DNA of 44,505 bases from Corynebacterium sp. (GTDB lineage Bacteria; Actinomycetota; Actinomycetes; Mycobacteriales; Mycobacteriaceae). Positions 40,898 through 44,505 of the stretch are shown piece by piece. A program made the position numbers and the translations under genes. Below the pieces are notes generated by a model. It saw only the letters and a list, made by a program, of their open reading frames with translations, was not told the DNA's origin and did not search any database. Numbering within the stretch: position 1 is the first letter of the stretch; each line of letters opens with the position of its first letter. The DNA lies in assembly GCA_041830435.1 (NCBI GenBank), contig JBHAQQ010000095.1:1-44505 (forward strand), written 5' to 3'.

Positions 40898-40932
40898 CGC
40901 CCACGACATTGCAACATTGCATGTCGTGGGCG
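40898..40932 (-). terminator. Hairpin downstream of ppk2, probable terminator
   Basis: CGCCCACGACAT (40898-909) pairs with ATGTCGTGGGCG (40921-932). Confidence 0.6.
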
Positions 40933-41043
40933 TATTTGTGTTCAGTAGAAGATTTACAAACGACCGCACGGCTCCGCGCCATACATGTCAGTAACTTCCA
41001 TCTTCACAGGAAGCAGTACCGGAAACCAGCCAGTTTCTGGGTG

Positions 41044-41991
41044 CTACTGCTTCTTCTTGCTCTTTGCTTTTGCAGACTTTGCATCCTTCGCAGACTTTCC
41101 AGCCTTTCCAGCCTTGCCCACGGACTTACCGGAAGACTTGCGCTTCGAGCCCGCGTCCTTATCATCCTTGTCGTCCTTACGTTCCAAGGCCTTCGCCGCA
41201 TCTGGAACATAGCGTTGCGAAGAACGCGCAGGGCGTTCATAACCCTTGTCCTTGTTCTGTGGACGCTCTGGAATCTCCGGAACATTCTTTTCCACATACT
41301 CCCAAGGAATCGTGTTCAACAAGTGGTTGATGACATTAATACGGGAACGCTTCTTGTCTTCAGATTCCACCGTGTACCACGGCGCAGAAGGGATGTCGGT
41401 GTGCACAAACATCTCATCCTTCGCCCGGGAGTAGTCCTCCCACCGAGTGATCGACTGCAAATCCATTGGAGACAATTTCCATTGGCGAAGCGGGTCAGAC
41501 TGACGAGACTTGAAGCGCTTGATCTGCTCCTCATCAGAAACTGAAAACCAGTACTTCCGCAAAATGATGCCATCTTCCACCAAGAGACGCTCGAAAATTG
41601 GCGCTTGGTGCAGGAAACGACGGTATTCCTGGGTGGTACAGAAGCCCATGACCCGTTCCACACCAGCACGGTTATACCAAGAACGGTCAAAGATCACGAT
41701 CTCGCCGGCAGTTGGGAGTTTTTCAATGTAGCGCTGGAAGTACCACTGCCCCTGTTCGCGGGAGTTCGGTGCTGGCAATGCCTCAACTCGGCACGTGCGC
41801 GGATTCAAGTACTGCGTGATGCGCTTGATAGCCGACCCCTTGCCTGCAGCGTCGCGGCCCTCCATGATGATCACCACGCGCGCACCGGTCTTGACAACCC
41901 ATTGCTGCATCTCGACGAGTTCTGCCTGCAGTCGAACGAGTTCCGCTTCGTAAGCTGCCTTATCCAGTTTCGGTGGTTTGTTTTTGCTCAT
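41044..41991 (-). CDS. ppk2: Polyphosphate kinase 2
   Basis: EGRDAAGKG, WYFQRY, FDRSWYNR, WKLSPMD; -10 TAGAAT 7 nt upstream. Confidence 0.96.
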   Translation of the reverse strand: MSKNKPPKLDKAAYEAELVRLQAELVEMQQWVVKTGARVVIIMEGRDAAGKGSAIKRITQYLNPRTCRVEALPAPNSREQGQWYFQRYIEKLPTAGEIVIFDRSWYNRAGVERVMGFCTTQEYRRFLHQAPIFERLLVEDGIILRKYWFSVSDEEQIKRFKSRQSDPLRQWKLSPMDLQSITRWEDYSRAKDEMFVHTDIPSAPWYTVESEDKKRSRINVINHLLNTIPWEYVEKNVPEIPERPQNKDKGYERPARSSQRYVPDAAKALERKDDKDDKDAGSKRKSSGKSVGKAGKAGKSAKDAKSAKAKSKKKQ

Positions 41992-42043
41992 GGTTGAAAT
42001 TCTAGTCTGCTACCCCTATCACCACGAAACACCGGCAACGCAC

Positions 42044-43507
42044 TCAGCATTCAGGGATATTGACGGCCACGTTCGTTGCCAAACCACCGCCAGCGGTTTC
42101 CTTGTACTTGTGGTTCATGTCCGCACCGGTCTGACGCATCGTCTCTATGACCTCATCCAAAGAAACATAGTGCGTGCCATCCCCTCGCAGTGCCATTTTT
42201 GCCGCATTGATTGCTTTACCTGCACTAATCGCATTGCGTTCGATACATGGAATTTGCACCAATCCACCAATGGGATCACACGTTAATCCCAATGAATGCT
42301 CCATCGCTATTTCCGCCGCATTATGCACTTGTGCCGGTGTGCCGCCGAGAATTTCCGCAAGTCCAGCTGCAGCCATCGAAGCCGCTGACCCAACCTCGCC
42401 CTGGCATCCCACCTCTGCACCGGAAATCGACGCCCGCTCCTTATACAAAGAACCAACTGCCCCAGCTGCAAGCAGAAAACGACGATTCACTTCCCGTGGA
42501 TCCTCGTTGCCTGCCTGGGTAAAGTTCCGCGCGTAGAACATCACCGCCGGAATGATGCCCGCCGCCCCATTCGTCGGCGCCGTCACCACCCGACCACCGG
42601 CAGCATTTTCCTCATTCACACTCAACGCCACCAAATTCACCCAGTCTTCAGAAAACGCTGCGGTACACTGCGGATCTTCATCCATCAACTGGTCATACCA
42701 CCGCTTGGCACGGCGTCGAACCAACAACGACCCAGGAAGCACACCATCAAACGTCACTCCCCGTTTGAAGCAATCCTCCATCGCCTGCGCAATGGCATCA
42801 AGATAATCTCGAATCTCCCCCGCTGAGCGAACCTGCTCCTCACAGCGAAACTGCACCTCCGCTGTGGACAACCCATGGCGCTGCGAAAGCTGCAGCAACT
42901 CCGCCGCTGAAGCGTAGGAAAACGGACCATCCAACACCGTCATCGCCGGTGCCTCATCCTCCACCCGAATGAAGCCACCACCAATGGAATAGTACGTCTG
43001 CTTCCAATTGCCTTCCGGAAACCCAATACCCACAAAAGTCACCGCATTGGTATGGATCGTCCGCCGTACCCCCGGACGCAAAATAATATCTTCAAAACCA
43101 CACTGGATCTGGCAATCGTCCGCCCCAGCCAGCCTGATTGTGCGAGTCTGTTTGATCTGCTGCAACCGCACCTGCATATAGTCCGGGTCGATGGTGGCGG
43201 GATCATTACCATCTAACCCCAGCAGGCAGGCCCCTAACGTCCCGTGCCCAGCACCGGTCGCAGCCAATGAGCCGTAGAGAATCACGCGAATCTGCGGTCC
43301 TTCAGCCAAGGGAACGTCCGGGGTGACAACCTCTGCCACCGCATCCGCTGCCACGGGAAGCAGGGATGTCGCTTCCGGCGCAACGTCGCCGCGCGCAATG
43401 CGGAGCAGTTCTTCGGCAAATGCCAATCCGGCTTTCATCGGCCCCACGGTGTGTGACGACGAAGGACCAACCCCAATGCTGAACAGGTCAAAAACGCTGA
43501 CGGTCAT
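42044..43507 (-). CDS. sdaA: L-serine ammonia-lyase (Fe-S)
   Basis: [41 protein letters not shown]. Confidence 0.96.
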   Translation of the reverse strand: MTVSVFDLFSIGVGPSSSHTVGPMKAGLAFAEELLRIARGDVAPEATSLLPVAADAVAEVVTPDVPLAEGPQIRVILYGSLAATGAGHGTLGACLLGLDGNDPATIDPDYMQVRLQQIKQTRTIRLAGADDCQIQCGFEDIILRPGVRRTIHTNAVTFVGIGFPEGNWKQTYYSIGGGFIRVEDEAPAMTVLDGPFSYASAAELLQLSQRHGLSTAEVQFRCEEQVRSAGEIRDYLDAIAQAMEDCFKRGVTFDGVLPGSLLVRRRAKRWYDQLMDEDPQCTAAFSEDWVNLVALSVNEENAAGGRVVTAPTNGAAGIIPAVMFYARNFTQAGNEDPREVNRRFLLAAGAVGSLYKERASISGAEVGCQGEVGSAASMAAAGLAEILGGTPAQVHNAAEIAMEHSLGLTCDPIGGLVQIPCIERNAISAGKAINAAKMALRGDGTHYVSLDEVIETMRQTGADMNHKYKETAGGGLATNVAVNIPEC

Positions 43508-43590
43508 GGCTCACAGCCTAGCTGAATTGCCCCTCGCCTGCCCTAGGAATGCGTCTCAAGCATGTCCCCGCCAATCGTGCCTTGGGTTTG

Positions 43591-44505
43591 TTAGGACTCT
43601 AATTGCTCGCCAAGTTCCAGCCACGCCATTTCCAGTTCCTCATGTTCCTGTTGCGCAAGCTGCAAATCGGTATCGAGTTTCGCCAGCAGCTCCGTGTCGA
43701 GCTCTCCATTCGACGCCGCCTCCGCCGCAGCATGCATCGCATCGTGGATGTCGGTTATCCGTTGAGCCACCTTATCCATTTTTCGTTCCAGCGCATTGAG
43801 TTGCTTTTGTATTTCTCGCTGCTGCTGGTTACTGAGCTTCGAGGCCGCAGGCTGCGTGTTCCCGCTGGTAGCTGTCCCACCACCTGCGGTCCCTGGGGTA
43901 CTTGCACTGGTGGTAGTAGCAGGCATCGCCAGCACATTGTCATTTCGGCCCGCCGCCGCCAACAGCTTCGAACGTTGTTCCAAATACTGCTCAATACCGC
44001 CAGGAAGGTTGGTGAGTTTACCATCGCCGAACAGCGCCCACGTGGAATCACACATGCGCTCAATGAGGTAACGGTCGTGGGAAATCACCACCATCGTTCC
44101 GGCCCAGGAGTCCAGCAAGCTTTCGAGTTCCTGCAGGGTATCGATATCGAGGTCATTCGTCGGCTCGTCCAGCAATAGTACATTGGGCTCTGCCATGAGC
44201 ACGCGGGTGAGTTGGAGGCGGCGTCGTTCTCCACCCGAGAGGTCGCCAACCGGGGTTCGTTGACGTTTCGCCGAGAACCCCAGCCGTTCAGCCAGCTGTG
44301 AAGCAGAAAGTTCCTTATCGCCAAATTGCACATAGCTGGCAACATCCTGCACCGCCTCCAGCAGGCGCATCGTAGGATCCAGGTCGTCGAGTTCTTGGCG
44401 CAGCCAACCAATGGATACCGTACGCCCTTCAACACGGCGCCCAGCCGACAGCGGGTAGTCGCCGGCGAGGGTTCGCAAGAGTGTTGTTTTGCCGGAGCCG
44501 TTCAC
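43591..44505 (-). CDS. ABC-F family ATPase (Uup-like), C-terminal part (5' end outside window)
   Basis: NGSGKTT, LSGGERRR, LLLDEPTNDLD, ISHDRY, C-terminal coiled coil. Confidence 0.92.
   Translation of the reverse strand: MNGSGKTTLLRTLAGDYPLSAGRRVEGRTVSIGWLRQELDDLDPTMRLLEAVQDVASYVQFGDKELSASQLAERLGFSAKRQRTPVGDLSGGERRRLQLTRVLMAEPNVLLLDEPTNDLDIDTLQELESLLDSWAGTMVVISHDRYLIERMCDSTWALFGDGKLTNLPGGIEQYLEQRSKLLAAAGRNDNVLAMPATTTSASTPGTAGGGTATSGNTQPAASKLSNQQQREIQKQLNALERKMDKVAQRITDIHDAMHAAAEAASNGELDTELLAKLDTDLQLAQQEHEELEMAWLELGEQLES

Noticed and set aside
40898-40932. ATGTCGTGGG arm-like 10-mer inside a hairpin
   Set aside because: It is an inverted repeat downstream of ppk2 with no tRNA or integrase context; better explained as a terminator with a chance match.

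Overview
Actinobacterial chromosome segment, most consistent with a Corynebacterium (inferred from gene order and content). The backbone is the conserved glpX-fumC ... glyA-coaA-uppS-mca-greA ... tRNA-Leu-ppx-DUF501-divIC-like-eno-lpqU-like-mazG-mfd-tRNA-Gln-glmU-prs-rplY-pth-pth-prfC ... ppk2-sdaA region, with several fatty-acyl-CoA genes. Two small accessory islets sit at the tRNA 3' ends. (1) A 1,400-bp element at tRNA-Gln(TTG) is bounded by a 58-bp direct repeat. It retains only a broken C-terminal scrap of a tyrosine integrase, plus an apparently intact module mostly missing from the ORF track: 33-aa hydrophobic/basic peptide, strong hairpin with a candidate antisense -10, 52-aa two-TM protein, and a translationally coupled 86-aa Xis/AlpA-like HTH protein. 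This resembles a type I toxin-antitoxin unit with extra components and is the best candidate for an undescribed system here. (2) A ~1.2-kb islet at tRNA-Leu(TAA) has a frameshifted secreted Cys/Gly-rich bacteriocin-like ORF opposite a 4-TM immunity-like ORF. Both islets carry the same 28-bp TGTCGTGG tandem motif, a putative integrase arm site. Also notable: frameshifted mmuP convergent with mmuM, a long structured rplY leader, an HTH-less LysR domain paired with a DUF5997-like gene, and a Lys-rich PPK2 tail. All family assignments are by motif recognition; no searches were run.
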